Source: a virus
Taxonomy: Duplodnaviria; Caudoviricetes
Virus record (IMG/VR): IMGVR_UViG_3300037465_000378
Span: 1-27,392 of that record
Strand: one strand, 5' to 3'
DNA length: 27,392 nt
Shown here: positions 13,955 to 21,849 of the stretch, in pieces
How the letters are laid out: each line of letters opens with the position of its first letter
How positions within the stretch are numbered: the first letter of the stretch is position 1
Position numbers and translations under genes: made by a program
Notes under the pieces: model-generated
What the model was told of the DNA's origin: nothing
The model's database searches: none
The model's input: only the letters and a program-made list of their open reading frames with translations

Positions 13955-16900
13955 CTACGTTCCAGGTCGCGGAGCTCTCAGTTCTGGAGGCTTTCCCGGA
14001 GTTCCTGGATTCACCCAAAAGTGCGCGCCGACGGCCTTGTATCTTGCCCACTCCTCGCTCTCAATCTTCTCTCCCACGAGTGTCTCGAGAGTCGCTTTGT
14101 CTTGCGCAACGATTGCGCTGAGTGCTCGAACAGCTTTCTGCGTCTCTGTCCCGGAAGTCGGTTCCGGTAGCTTGGCTGCGCGAAGCTGATTGATGAACCC
14201 GCGTGCGTCTGATGGAGAGACTTCCGTTGCAACCAGATGCTGCCGAACCGCATTCTGAATCTGCTGCAACGGAGCCTTTGACCCGATTCGGATCAAACCC
14301 TCGTCCGGGTCGTAATCAACCCCGCGTCCACGGATTTTCTTGACACCAAGACTGTCCACGTCCTTCGGATCGAGCCCTGCTGTCTGTCCTCGCGGAAGCT
14401 TGCGGACAGCCTCCCGAATTTTTTCTTCGATGTCTTCATCGGTTTCGTCGTCTTCCCAATTGAGTTCAAGTTCGTCTCCGAGAGTGTCTGTGGTTTCGAT
14501 GTCGCGGCGGACTAGCTCTGTGCAGCGACAATTAGAGTAGGTTATGCCCTTTTCGTTTATAATTAACCCGGACACCGTTTCGAGGTCATAGACATGCCCA
14601 GAGTAGTCGAAGTGCCTAACATAGAGAATCTCATCCGTCTCTACAAATCCGGGATACCTCTCTATAAGCTTTCGGAAGCTTCCAAAATTAAAGGAGAGAC
14701 GTTGAGGAACAAGCTCCTGCAGCACGGCGTTAAGTTGCGAGTCTATCGCAATAACAGGAAACCGCGCCCGCAGGGAATCCTTAAGGAAATCGTCAGGCTT
14801 TACACTCAAGGCGCAACGTTTCAGGAGATAAAGGAACAGACAGGCGTTGATCGAAGAAGGTCTAGGACATGGACGCTTGAAGCTGGTATCAGGATCAGGA
14901 CGATGAGCGAGGTCGAGGCTCTCAAATGGAACAAATTCGGTTTCAATCGAGCTTTCGTCGAGAGGCAGTGTCACCGTGCATGGGCTGCTCGAAGGAAGCA
15001 ACGCGAGAAGGAACCTCTTTCGATTAGGCTGAGACGCGCCATCGGAATGGAACGAGCAAGGGCGAGAAGAGGTCTCTATGAGCGGGAGCTTGAGCAGCTC
15101 TTCCTGAAGGCAGGACATCAAGTCACTCCGCAGTGCGCGATTGGCAGATACAACACTGACTTTGGCTTCAAACCCTTGCGCGTCGCCATGGAACTCCAGA
15201 TCTCCAACCATAACGTTCCTGGGTCTGGAGTCTCTTGCAAGCGCGTTAAAGATATCCTCGACAGGAACTGGGCTGTTCTTCTGATCTGGGTCCCGCAAAG
15301 ACAACGCGTTAAAGTCTCCGCAATAGCGAAGAAGGCGATCGCATTTCTTGAGCGCGCCCGCAGAGACAAGTCCATTTACAGTAAGTACGGGATGATTAAC
15401 GGTAAGGGTCAGCCGTTCACCCCGTCTCGTCACGATCTCCACAGCCTTCCCAGAATAAAAGGCTTTTGATGCTCCAAGGAATTCACCCCAAACTTTGTTG
15501 CCCGGCAGAATGCAGTTGATGATGTTCCCAGGAGAACCCTCAGGATCGCCCGGAAACATTAATTCCTCATTGTCCACGATGTACGGCTCGTCGATCGCAA
15601 CAACCTGACCGTTCGCCTCAAGATGAGCAGGGCGCGTGCGCTCATCAAGGGAAGCAAGCCACTGGCGATGCGTTACGCCGTTCTGAACCATTGCCTCGTG
15701 CGCACCTTTCATCACAGCAAGATGGCTCTCGGTCCGTGCAATGCGCTGCGCGCGAGCCTTGCCGAAAATTCCAAGCCCTTCTAGCCGTTCGATCAGCTCC
15801 TTTTCAGTCTCGCTCTCGAGCCTTCCTTGCGCAAGCGCGCGCTTAACTTCTGTTGCTGTCGCTTCGTCCATGACCTTTTCGAGGTTACTCTTCCGTTCGC
15901 GAATGAACTTTTGGACATCAGGATCTTCTTCGCGCCAGTTCACCTTCATCTGAGAAGCTTGCAGGTCACCACCCTGCGTAACAGCGGCTCCGAATTGCTT
16001 GTCGAAACTGTCTGGCAGTGGTGTATCCGCGAGCGCGTCGAAGAGCTCCTCATCGGAAATGCCTGGGTCATCAGCGGGATCACTGTCGGCTTTGCGCAGC
16101 TTGCGCATTAGAAGCGCTAGGACGCGCTTTCGCTGGGAAGCGAGGCGATCGGCCGCTAGAGCTTCTATCGCGCGTGATATGGGAGCTTCTACGCCCAAAC
16201 GGGCCTTCTCCATGCGGTAGGGGGTGGAGGGAAGCTGAGTCGTGTCCTTCTTCAACAACTTGAATTCCGGCGGGTAGTACGTGTGTTCTTTTCCACCTTC
16301 AAGAACAGTTATAGAGTGTATCCCAAGTTTTGTCCCGCGTTCTGTCCCGACACCAATTCCTCCATCAATTGCTACGTTCGCACCCTTCAGATCTGAGTGC
16401 TCGTGCATTAGATCACCATACGGGTTTTCTGGGTTGTATCGCTGGTCCGGTATGATTTTCCTGTAGTCTTTATTAGGAACCCGAATTCTGACAATGGCCT
16501 TGTCCTTTGTAGTTATGAAGCCGCTAGGTTCACCAATAGTTCCAAAATTTGCTTCGTCACGTAACCCAGAACTAGCAATTCCCGGAACTCGGTCCAAAGT
16601 TGTTTCGTGGAAGATAAAGAGGCCTTTTGGAAATTTCGTATTCAGAGCAACACGGAATTCTTTCTCTGTTCTTCTAGGAGTTTGCCCTTCCCCCCCACTC
16701 CCCCCCGCCCCGCACGTATTCCCCTCCTGAAATCCCCCCGCTCCTGTTCTGCAATTCTTTTGCAACTTCTGCATCATCCCCGCGAGCCGTTCCCAATCTG
16801 GTATCTCATCCTTATCCTGGTATTTCTTCCGCGCGTCGCGGATAGCCTCATGCAGCTCGTCATACTCCTGCGCCTCGTCCTCGGCCTCGTGCAAATGGCC

Positions 16901-17785
16901 GATGATCCGCAGCCTGTACTCGTAACCGTCGCGCTCCTCGCCCATCAGGACCATCGCCGCGCCGAGGTGCTTCTCGACGCAGTGGAGGCAGGAGGGGCGG
17001 GTCTCGGGGCCTTCTGCCTTTTTGAGATTGACTTGCTCTACCACGATCACCTTCTTGAATTTCGTGCTGCCTTTGTAAGCCCTTGGCAGTTTAACTCTCT
17101 CACCCTTGCGAACTTCAACCACCCGGTAGTTACCAAACGTCAGGTGTTCTTTGTGTGCCTTGCCGGTCAAACGATCTACCGAGAGAGTTTGTGATGGCCC
17201 GCGAACTTCAATCAAGTACGAGTGCTTGTCACCAGCATAGAACGCTGCTGAGTCCTTTGCTTCTGTGTACGACGTCAACTTCTTTTCTTCCAAACTATCA
17301 CCAACCCTGGCGTTCTCGAACTGGCTTATCGGATTTTTGGAACCGATTCCACGAAACAACGTCTTGCTGGTGATGGGCTCAATACGGACTTGATCAACCA
17401 GCAACTTCGCAGCGGCAGAAAAATCCTGGAATTTCTCACCAAACTCATTTTCAGTTTCGTCTGGTCCTCCTTTCGAGTCAATGTACTCTACCAACCCTTT
17501 GTCGCCGTGTTCGATGTAGTATTCGCTTGCCTTTGTAATCGTGGCTCCCCCGCTAAAGTCTGCGTTTAATTTTGCAGCGCGCTCCATCGTCATACTTTTA
17601 ATGGACTGATTGAGGGAATTGAGCGTACGGCCATCTCCGGCTCCACAGGCATTCCCCTCCTGAAACCCGGGAGCTCCTTCCTCTCCCGCGCTGCAATCCT
17701 TCGCCATCTCCACCGCGCGTACGAGGTCGTCGACGCGGAAGAACGGGCCACGCTGGAGGGAGCGAATTCGGGAAACAACGCTCAT
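13955..17785 (-). CDS. MuF / SPP1 gp7-like minor head protein with N-terminal ADP-ribosyltransferase-like cargo domains and an intein
   Basis: Start at 17785 (ATGA overlap with the portal stop). MuF motifs 'RAQRIARTE', 'RQWLASLDERTRPAHLEANGQ', 'LMFPGDP..S..NIIN/CRC'. ART-like motifs 'LFRG..TSYT..KEHL' and 'IFHETT..GIASSGL'. Confidence 0.9.
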   Translation of the reverse strand: MSVVSRIRSLQRGPFFRVDDLVRAVEMAKDCSAGEEGAPGFQEGNACGAGDGRTLNSLNQSIKSMTMERAAKLNADFSGGATITKASEYYIEHGDKGLVEYIDSKGGPDETENEFGEKFQDFSAAAKLLVDQVRIEPITSKTLFRGIGSKNPISQFENARVGDSLEEKKLTSYTEAKDSAAFYAGDKHSYLIEVRGPSQTLSVDRLTGKAHKEHLTFGNYRVVEVRKGERVKLPRAYKGSTKFKKVIVVEQVNLKKAEGPETRPSCLHCVEKHLGAAMVLMGEERDGYEYRLRIIGHLHEAEDEAQEYDELHEAIRDARKKYQDKDEIPDWERLAGMMQKLQKNCRTGAGGFQEGNTCGAGGSGGEGQTPRRTEKEFRVALNTKFPKGLFIFHETTLDRVPGIASSGLRDEANFGTIGEPSGFITTKDKAIVRIRVPNKDYRKIIPDQRYNPENPYGDLMHEHSDLKGANVAIDGGIGVGTERGTKLGIHSITVLEGGKEHTYYPPEFKLLKKDTTQLPSTPYRMEKARLGVEAPISRAIEALAADRLASQRKRVLALLMRKLRKADSDPADDPGISDEELFDALADTPLPDSFDKQFGAAVTQGGDLQASQMKVNWREEDPDVQKFIRERKSNLEKVMDEATATEVKRALAQGRLESETEKELIERLEGLGIFGKARAQRIARTESHLAVMKGAHEAMVQNGVTHRQWLASLDERTRPAHLEANGQVVAIDEPYIVDNEELMFPGDPEGSPGNIINCILPGNKVWGEFLGASKAFYSGKAVEIVTRRGERLTLTVNHPVLTVNGLVSAGALKKCDRLLRYCGDFNALSLRDPDQKNSPVPVEDIFNALARDSRPRNVMVGDLEFHGDAQGFEAKVSVVSANRALRSDLMSCLQEELLKLPLIETSSRPCSFHSDGASQPNRKRFLLALLPSSSPCTVTLPLDESSIETEFVPFESLDLAHRPDPDTSFKRPCPRPSSINACLFLYLLKRCALSVKPDDFLKDSLRARFPVIAIDSQLNAVLQELVPQRLSFNFGSFRKLIERYPGFVETDEILYVRHFDYSGHVYDLETVSGLIINEKGITYSNCRCTELVRRDIETTDTLGDELELNWEDDETDEDIEEKIREAVRKLPRGQTAGLDPKDVDSLGVKKIRGRGVDYDPDEGLIRIGSKAPLQQIQNAVRQHLVATEVSPSDARGFINQLRAAKLPEPTSGTETQKAVRALSAIVAQDKATLETLVGEKIESEEWARYKAVGAHFWVNPGTPGKPPELRAPRPGT
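14558..14563 (+). promoter_or_regulatory. Candidate -10 box (TATAAT) for the antisense endonuclease gene
   Basis: Perfect TATAAT ending 30 nt upstream of ATG 14594; GAGG SD at 14582-14585; no convincing -35. Confidence 0.4.
14594..15469 (+). CDS. HTH + Vsr/DUF559-like (PD-(D/E)xK) putative homing endonuclease, antisense and nested inside the intein
   Basis: 291 aa, basic. Two HTH-like repeats (IRLYKSGIPLYKLSEASKI..TLRNKL; VRLYTQGATFQEIKEQTGV..), then 'YERELEQLF..QCAIGRYNTDFG...RVAMELQISNH...NWAVLLIW'. SD GAGG 8 nt before the ATG. Confidence 0.82.
   Translation: MPRVVEVPNIENLIRLYKSGIPLYKLSEASKIKGETLRNKLLQHGVKLRVYRNNRKPRPQGILKEIVRLYTQGATFQEIKEQTGVDRRRSRTWTLEAGIRIRTMSEVEALKWNKFGFNRAFVERQCHRAWAARRKQREKEPLSIRLRRAIGMERARARRGLYERELEQLFLKAGHQVTPQCAIGRYNTDFGFKPLRVAMELQISNHNVPGSGVSCKRVKDILDRNWAVLLIWVPQRQRVKVSAIAKKAIAFLERARRDKSIYSKYGMINGKGQPFTPSRHDLHSLPRIKGF
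16247..16759 (-). other. Motif-headed cargo cassette 2 in MuF: H-x-T type ADP-ribosyltransferase-like domain
   Basis: Begins KNCRTGAGGFQEGNTC, contains 'LFIFHETTLDRVPGIASSGLR', ends LLKK|D; AT-richer than the flanks. Confidence 0.55.
17018..17701 (-). other. Motif-headed cargo cassette 1 in MuF: R-S-E type ADP-ribosyltransferase domain
   Basis: Begins KDCSAGEEGAPGFQEGNAC. 'TLFRGIG', 'VGDSL', 'LTSYT', 'AAFYA', 'YLIEV', 'KEHL..GNYRVVEV' follow the order of exoenzyme/Alt-like ART motifs. Ends NLKK|A. Confidence 0.75.
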
Positions 17786-19962
17786 GCCGCATTCCACCCC
17801 TCAAGGATCCCGCTCAGTGCAGCCTTGCTGAGCTGCTTGTGCGCCGCGTTCACAATCCCGTAAACCCAACCAGAGTTTACACCTTCAGAATCAAGGATCT
17901 TCTTGATCCCCGCCGCAGTTTCCTTGATTCCCTCTTCTATGCCACGCGCGAGAAGTCCGATGAGGGCGTTCATTTCCTTCATGAAAAGACTTTGCTTCTT
18001 CTCAGGAAGCTTGGCTGCGGCCGACTTCGCCTTCTCCTTCGCCTGACGACCCAGCACTTTGCCTGCTGCAGCACGCTCTCGTTTTAGGGCTTCTTGATAC
18101 TTCTTCTCGTCTTCCTTTTCTTGCTCTTCGAGGATTTTCTCACGCTCTTCACGCTGACGTTCCAGACGTTCAGCGCGTTCCTCGCGTTCCTTCTCCTCGT
18201 CGAATCGCTCCAAGCCTTCTTCGCCAAGGTCGTCGTCCTCGTCTTTCTGCTCCTGCTCCTTGAGCTCTGCAAGTTTGCGCTTGGTCTCGTCGAGTTCTCG
18301 CTTAATCCGCTCCTCATCCTTTCGTGCTTTTTCTGCCTCCTTTAGCCATTTCTTTTCTTCGCGTATGGCGCGCTTTGCCTCCGCACTGTACGGCACCTTT
18401 TTCGTTGTCCGAAACTCGCAGTCGGTGTCTTTAAGAAGCGCTTGCACGACTTCTTTCGCCTCTTCGAAGCTCACGACCTCGCTCGTCTTTATTAGCCTAC
18501 TCGACCCGTTCTCTCCGACTCGAATAGCGCCCGTACCAATCATTCGGATCTCATCTACGAGGCTCTTCCTCGCAGGCAAACTGCCCTTCTGCCCAGGCTT
18601 CGGCGCAGGCTCGACGTCCTCTTTCTCTTTTTCCTTGACCTCTTTCTCGCCCCCTCCACCGAACTGCGGTGGAAGCTCCGGCTTCGGCTTCGCCTCCTGC
18701 GCCGCTTCACTTCCCGGCGGTAGCGGGTTCATCTCCGGCTTGTCGAGCTCGGGCTTGCGCGGCATCCCGAACTGCTCGCGGAGCTCGTTCAGGTCCATAG
18801 CGCCAAGCTGCGTCATCTGCACGGCGAAGGTCTTGCGCTGTTGCGCGTCCGCCGGATCTTCCATCTTGCGGTAGTCCGGCTCGAGATAGAACCCTTCCGA
18901 CCCTTCGAACTCAGCCAAGACTTCTATCGTGAGCTTGTCGAGGATCTTCTTGAGGAGCGGCTGGCCAACCTCTTCTCTGAAGACCTTCATCTGCGTTGCG
19001 GCAGAGGCGTAGCTGCTTGTGTCCATACCCACTAGAACTGGTGGCACGCGATGCGCAGCAAGCACTTCCTGAACAGCATTCTCCTTAAGCACGGCGAACT
19101 GCATGTCACGGTGCGTTTGGCCGAATGGTTGCGCCTTAATGCCATGCGAGAGAACCGCAACACCGCCGCTCTGGCCGGACTCGTTCGCATGCCGCGCGAT
19201 CCATTCTGCCGCCATGCGTTCGCGCGTAGGGGCATCGAGCTTCGCTTCGGTCATGAGCGCAATCGCAGGTTCGCCACCATTGCGGAAGAATCCGATGTTG
19301 AAGCGCAACGCGCGCCGAATGAGCATGTTCGTGTCCCAAGCCGGTTGGACAGGACTCAGTCCAGCATTCGGCGTCGTGGGGTCGAAGTATTTGATGTGCA
19401 GGATTTCGTCGGGCTCGTACTCCTCCTTCGCGCTTTCCACTCCTGGAACGTAGAGGTACTTCTTGATTGCGTTCAGAAGCTTCTTCGGATCGTCTTCGAT
19501 CTCGTAGCGGATCTTGCTAGGATCCATACGCGCGAGGGCGAGTGCGTGCGGGTAAGTTTCCTTGTTGATGTCCTGCTTGACCTTCTCGTTGAAGTTGTTC
19601 CCCATCAGCTCAAGATCGGCGATCGTTTCGAAGCAGAACTCGTCCCACGTAAGCTTCGGAGCGGGCCGCTCAACGAAGTCAACGAACTCGTGCTCGGCAA
19701 CAACCTCGTCTTCGCCTTTGCGCTGCCGCTTGAGAAGCCAGGGCATGCCGGCAATCGATTCGGCTTTGGCTTTGACGGCAATGTAGGTCCAGATCGCGCG
19801 CTTGTACTCGTCCATGAATGTGCGTGGGTTCGGACCGATCTCGCGAATGCCTCGGCTCGAGTACGTCGCGCTGTCGAGCGGCATCCACCCTTCCGGAACG
19901 CTGTATTTCAGCATCCGAAGGGCGATGTTCTTGGTTACGTTTTTGAACCAGCCCATCAGCAT
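17782..19962 (-). CDS. Portal protein (HK97-like) with ~300-aa C-terminal extension
   Basis: 'YIAVKAKAESIAGMPW', 'LELMGN', 'DEILHIKY', 'GLSPV', 'FFRNGGEP', 'DMQF', 'HRVPPVLVG', 'NELREQFG' portal motifs, followed by a Pro-rich and then Glu/Lys coiled-coil tail. Start at 19962 or 19956. Confidence 0.93.
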   Translation of the reverse strand: MLMGWFKNVTKNIALRMLKYSVPEGWMPLDSATYSSRGIREIGPNPRTFMDEYKRAIWTYIAVKAKAESIAGMPWLLKRQRKGEDEVVAEHEFVDFVERPAPKLTWDEFCFETIADLELMGNNFNEKVKQDINKETYPHALALARMDPSKIRYEIEDDPKKLLNAIKKYLYVPGVESAKEEYEPDEILHIKYFDPTTPNAGLSPVQPAWDTNMLIRRALRFNIGFFRNGGEPAIALMTEAKLDAPTRERMAAEWIARHANESGQSGGVAVLSHGIKAQPFGQTHRDMQFAVLKENAVQEVLAAHRVPPVLVGMDTSSYASAATQMKVFREEVGQPLLKKILDKLTIEVLAEFEGSEGFYLEPDYRKMEDPADAQQRKTFAVQMTQLGAMDLNELREQFGMPRKPELDKPEMNPLPPGSEAAQEAKPKPELPPQFGGGGEKEVKEKEKEDVEPAPKPGQKGSLPARKSLVDEIRMIGTGAIRVGENGSSRLIKTSEVVSFEEAKEVVQALLKDTDCEFRTTKKVPYSAEAKRAIREEKKWLKEAEKARKDEERIKRELDETKRKLAELKEQEQKDEDDDLGEEGLERFDEEKEREERAERLERQREEREKILEEQEKEDEKKYQEALKRERAAAGKVLGRQAKEKAKSAAAKLPEKKQSLFMKEMNALIGLLARGIEEGIKETAAGIKKILDSEGVNSGWVYGIVNAAHKQLSKAALSGILEGWNAA

Positions 19963-20264
19963 TCGTCCTCAATGGCGATCACGTCCGCTTCGCGCACAAG
20001 ACTCAGCGTGAATCCCTGGTACTTTACTGCTTCGACTTTCGCTTGACTGCGCACGAGAACGACTTCGCCTTTCTTCACCTGCAGCGGCAGGAGCTTGCCG
20101 TCCAGGATCGGCCTTCCCGCTCCCGTTTCGACGACCTTGTAGCGCTTGAAGGCCATTGCGCTGACATCGGGAACGACCACGCCGCTTGCGAGCTTAGTCT
20201 CGCTTTCCTCGTGGAGCTCCTCACAGAGCAGCATCTCGTAGAGGGGCCTAAGCTTTTTCGGCAT
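19956..20264 (-). CDS. groES: GroES / Cpn10 co-chaperonin
   Basis: Start reassigned to ATG 20264 (SD AAGGAG), 102 aa. 'LRPLYE', mobile loop 'TKLASGVVVPD', 'VVETGAGR', 'LQVKKGEVVL', 'VREADVIAI'. Confidence 0.9.
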   Translation of the reverse strand: MPKKLRPLYEMLLCEELHEESETKLASGVVVPDVSAMAFKRYKVVETGAGRPILDGKLLPLQVKKGEVVLVRSQAKVEAVKYQGFTLSLVREADVIAIEDEC

Positions 20265-20619
20265 TGGCAGTCTCCTTCTCGTTTTCCATAGCTTCGAAGG
20301 AAACGCTCCCGGCACGCTTGAACTGCTCGAGCAGGGACCGAAGATTCGGCCAATGATCCGGGCGCGCGTCGAAATGCGTTTTGAGGACAACAACCCATGA
20401 AACCATCTGCTGCCCGAAACTGCGCTCAACGACCTTGAACTGAAGCATCCTCTGGGAAACGAGGAACGCAACCCACTCGAACTCGCTCAGCATCGAGTCA
20501 GCGAACCACTTCTCACCGTGCTTCTCCAGGATCTTCTCGTCTGTCAGTTCGAGGCGATTGACCCTGTCTCGAATACCTTCCATCAATCGGCACTGATCAG
20601 CAAGGTCTCCAGCAGCCAT
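20248..20619 (-). CDS. Hypothetical helical protein (DUF4760-like pattern)
   Basis: 123 aa with GGGGAGAG upstream. 'LSEFEWVAFLV...FG..MVSW...WPNLR.L' loosely resembles DUF4760; family call is tentative. Confidence 0.55.
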   Translation of the reverse strand: MAAGDLADQCRLMEGIRDRVNRLELTDEKILEKHGEKWFADSMLSEFEWVAFLVSQRMLQFKVVERSFGQQMVSWVVVLKTHFDARPDHWPNLRSLLEQFKRAGSVSFEAMENEKETANAEKA

Positions 20620-20621
20620 GG

Positions 20622-20828
20622 TTATCTCTCCCCGTTGCAGGATTTGTAACCGAGTTGCTTCAGGTCTGCCTCAACAGCATCGCGGTCCTCCTGCGAGACC
20701 TCGACGTCGTTGGACAGACAGTTGACGATCCGGACAAAACGCTCACGCTGCATCTGCGAAATGTTCTGGTCAATCCCGCAGACCAGCTGCAGCGTGCGCA
20801 TGACGTGCGTTTGGTCGGACCAGTTCAT
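20622..20828 (-). CDS. Hypothetical protein
   Basis: 68-aa ORF tightly packed between its neighbours (2-nt gaps). Confidence 0.55.
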   Translation of the reverse strand: MNWSDQTHVMRTLQLVCGIDQNISQMQRERFVRIVNCLSNDVEVSQEDRDAVEADLKQLGYKSCNGER

Positions 20829-20830
20829 CC

Positions 20831-21289
20831 TTAGTCCTTTTTAAGGTCAGCGTCTTCAACTGCTTGTATAGCCTTGTCGGGCGTGTCAACTGTCACCACA
20901 CGCTCTCCAATTTGAACGTCTCTCAGAACGTCGTAGTCCTTTCTGGTTTTCACTTGATAGGCATTTCCTGCTACTTTGGTAATCTTCGCAAAGGCGTTCT
21001 TTTCCTTACCAAACTCGGTATGCCCTTCCCCAACAACAAGGTCCACGCTCCGACCTACTTTAAGGCCCCTTACAGCTTGCTTAAATGCCTCTGATCTCAG
21101 CTGCGCTTTGCCGTAATATCTGGAACCTTTTCCTATTGATTCGCCCTGCTTGTAATCCTTCCATCTAGACGTTTCTGCTACGGAACCCCCACCCCCAGCA
21201 CCGCATGTGTTCCCCTCCTGGAATCCACCCGCACCACTTCCACAGTTCTTGATCAACTTCATCAGTCTGCCGTCGTATTCGTGGCTCAT
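20831..21289 (-). CDS. Stand-alone motif-headed cargo protein
   Basis: 152 aa: short leader, then KNCGSGAGGFQEGNTCGAGGGG, a basic AT-rich domain, ending DLKKD*. ATGA-coupled. Confidence 0.75.
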   Translation of the reverse strand: MSHEYDGRLMKLIKNCGSGAGGFQEGNTCGAGGGGSVAETSRWKDYKQGESIGKGSRYYGKAQLRSEAFKQAVRGLKVGRSVDLVVGEGHTEFGKEKNAFAKITKVAGNAYQVKTRKDYDVLRDVQIGERVVTVDTPDKAIQAVEDADLKKD

Positions 21290-21849
21290 CTTGGTTTCCT
21301 CACCTCGTCCTTGAGCTCGTCCACTTTCTGGATGAGTACTTCTTGCCGCGCGTCCATTTTGTTAAGTGTCTTGTCCTTTTCGACGTCGTGCGCTTGGAGG
21401 ACACTGATGTCTTGCTGGATCTCTTGAACCTTACCTTCGACCTTCTCGATACGCAGGTCGCTCTTCTCGCGTCCGGCTTTCTGGTCACCCCAGATAGCAC
21501 CGATCAGGGCGAGCGTCACGGCCCAGAGAATACCGAGGACTCCCGTAAGCAGGCTGATCTGGAACTTGGTTACAGCACGACCCTCTGCGCTGCCAGAGCT
21601 CTTCGCCATCTCCATTAGACTTCTGAGGATGGCCGAGTCTGTCGAGGACAGTGGTTCGCTTCCCGGCTGGTTCATCCCAGGAACCGGAGGCGGGGGAACG
21701 GGGCTCATGGCTGCAGTCTCCCTGAAGTGTTTTGAGGCTTGCGGATTCCTCCGCACGGCTTGCAAAGCTTCCCCAAGCTTTGTTTCGGCGCGCTGCACGT
21801 CTTCGGGCTTCGCGGCAAGCAGCGTTTGGATGTGCGTGATTGAATCCAT
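21286..21849 (-). CDS. Membrane protein, single TM helix + C-terminal coiled coil (lysis-module-like)
   Basis: TM 'ISLLTGVLGILWAVTLALIGAIWG' followed by heptad-rich helix; Pro-rich linker; SD GGAG. Confidence 0.65.
   Translation of the reverse strand: MDSITHIQTLLAAKPEDVQRAETKLGEALQAVRRNPQASKHFRETAAMSPVPPPPVPGMNQPGSEPLSSTDSAILRSLMEMAKSSGSAEGRAVTKFQISLLTGVLGILWAVTLALIGAIWGDQKAGREKSDLRIEKVEGKVQEIQQDISVLQAHDVEKDKTLNKMDARQEVLIQKVDELKDEVRKPR

Larger units (their letters stand above)
14531..15514 (-). mobile_element. Intein (328 aa) inserted in the MuF N|CRC motif
   Basis: Block A 'CILPGNKV' (Cys1 at 15514), block B 'LTLTVNHPVLT', block F 'YSGHVYDLET', terminal 'YSN' followed by +1 Cys. Removing it restores NIIN-CRC. 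Confidence 0.92.

Noticed and set aside
13955-14520. MuF C-terminal extension as a zincin metallopeptidase toxin ('GVDYDPDEGLIRIG')
   Set aside because: The beta pattern is suggestive, but there is no HExxH motif, so no function can be supported.
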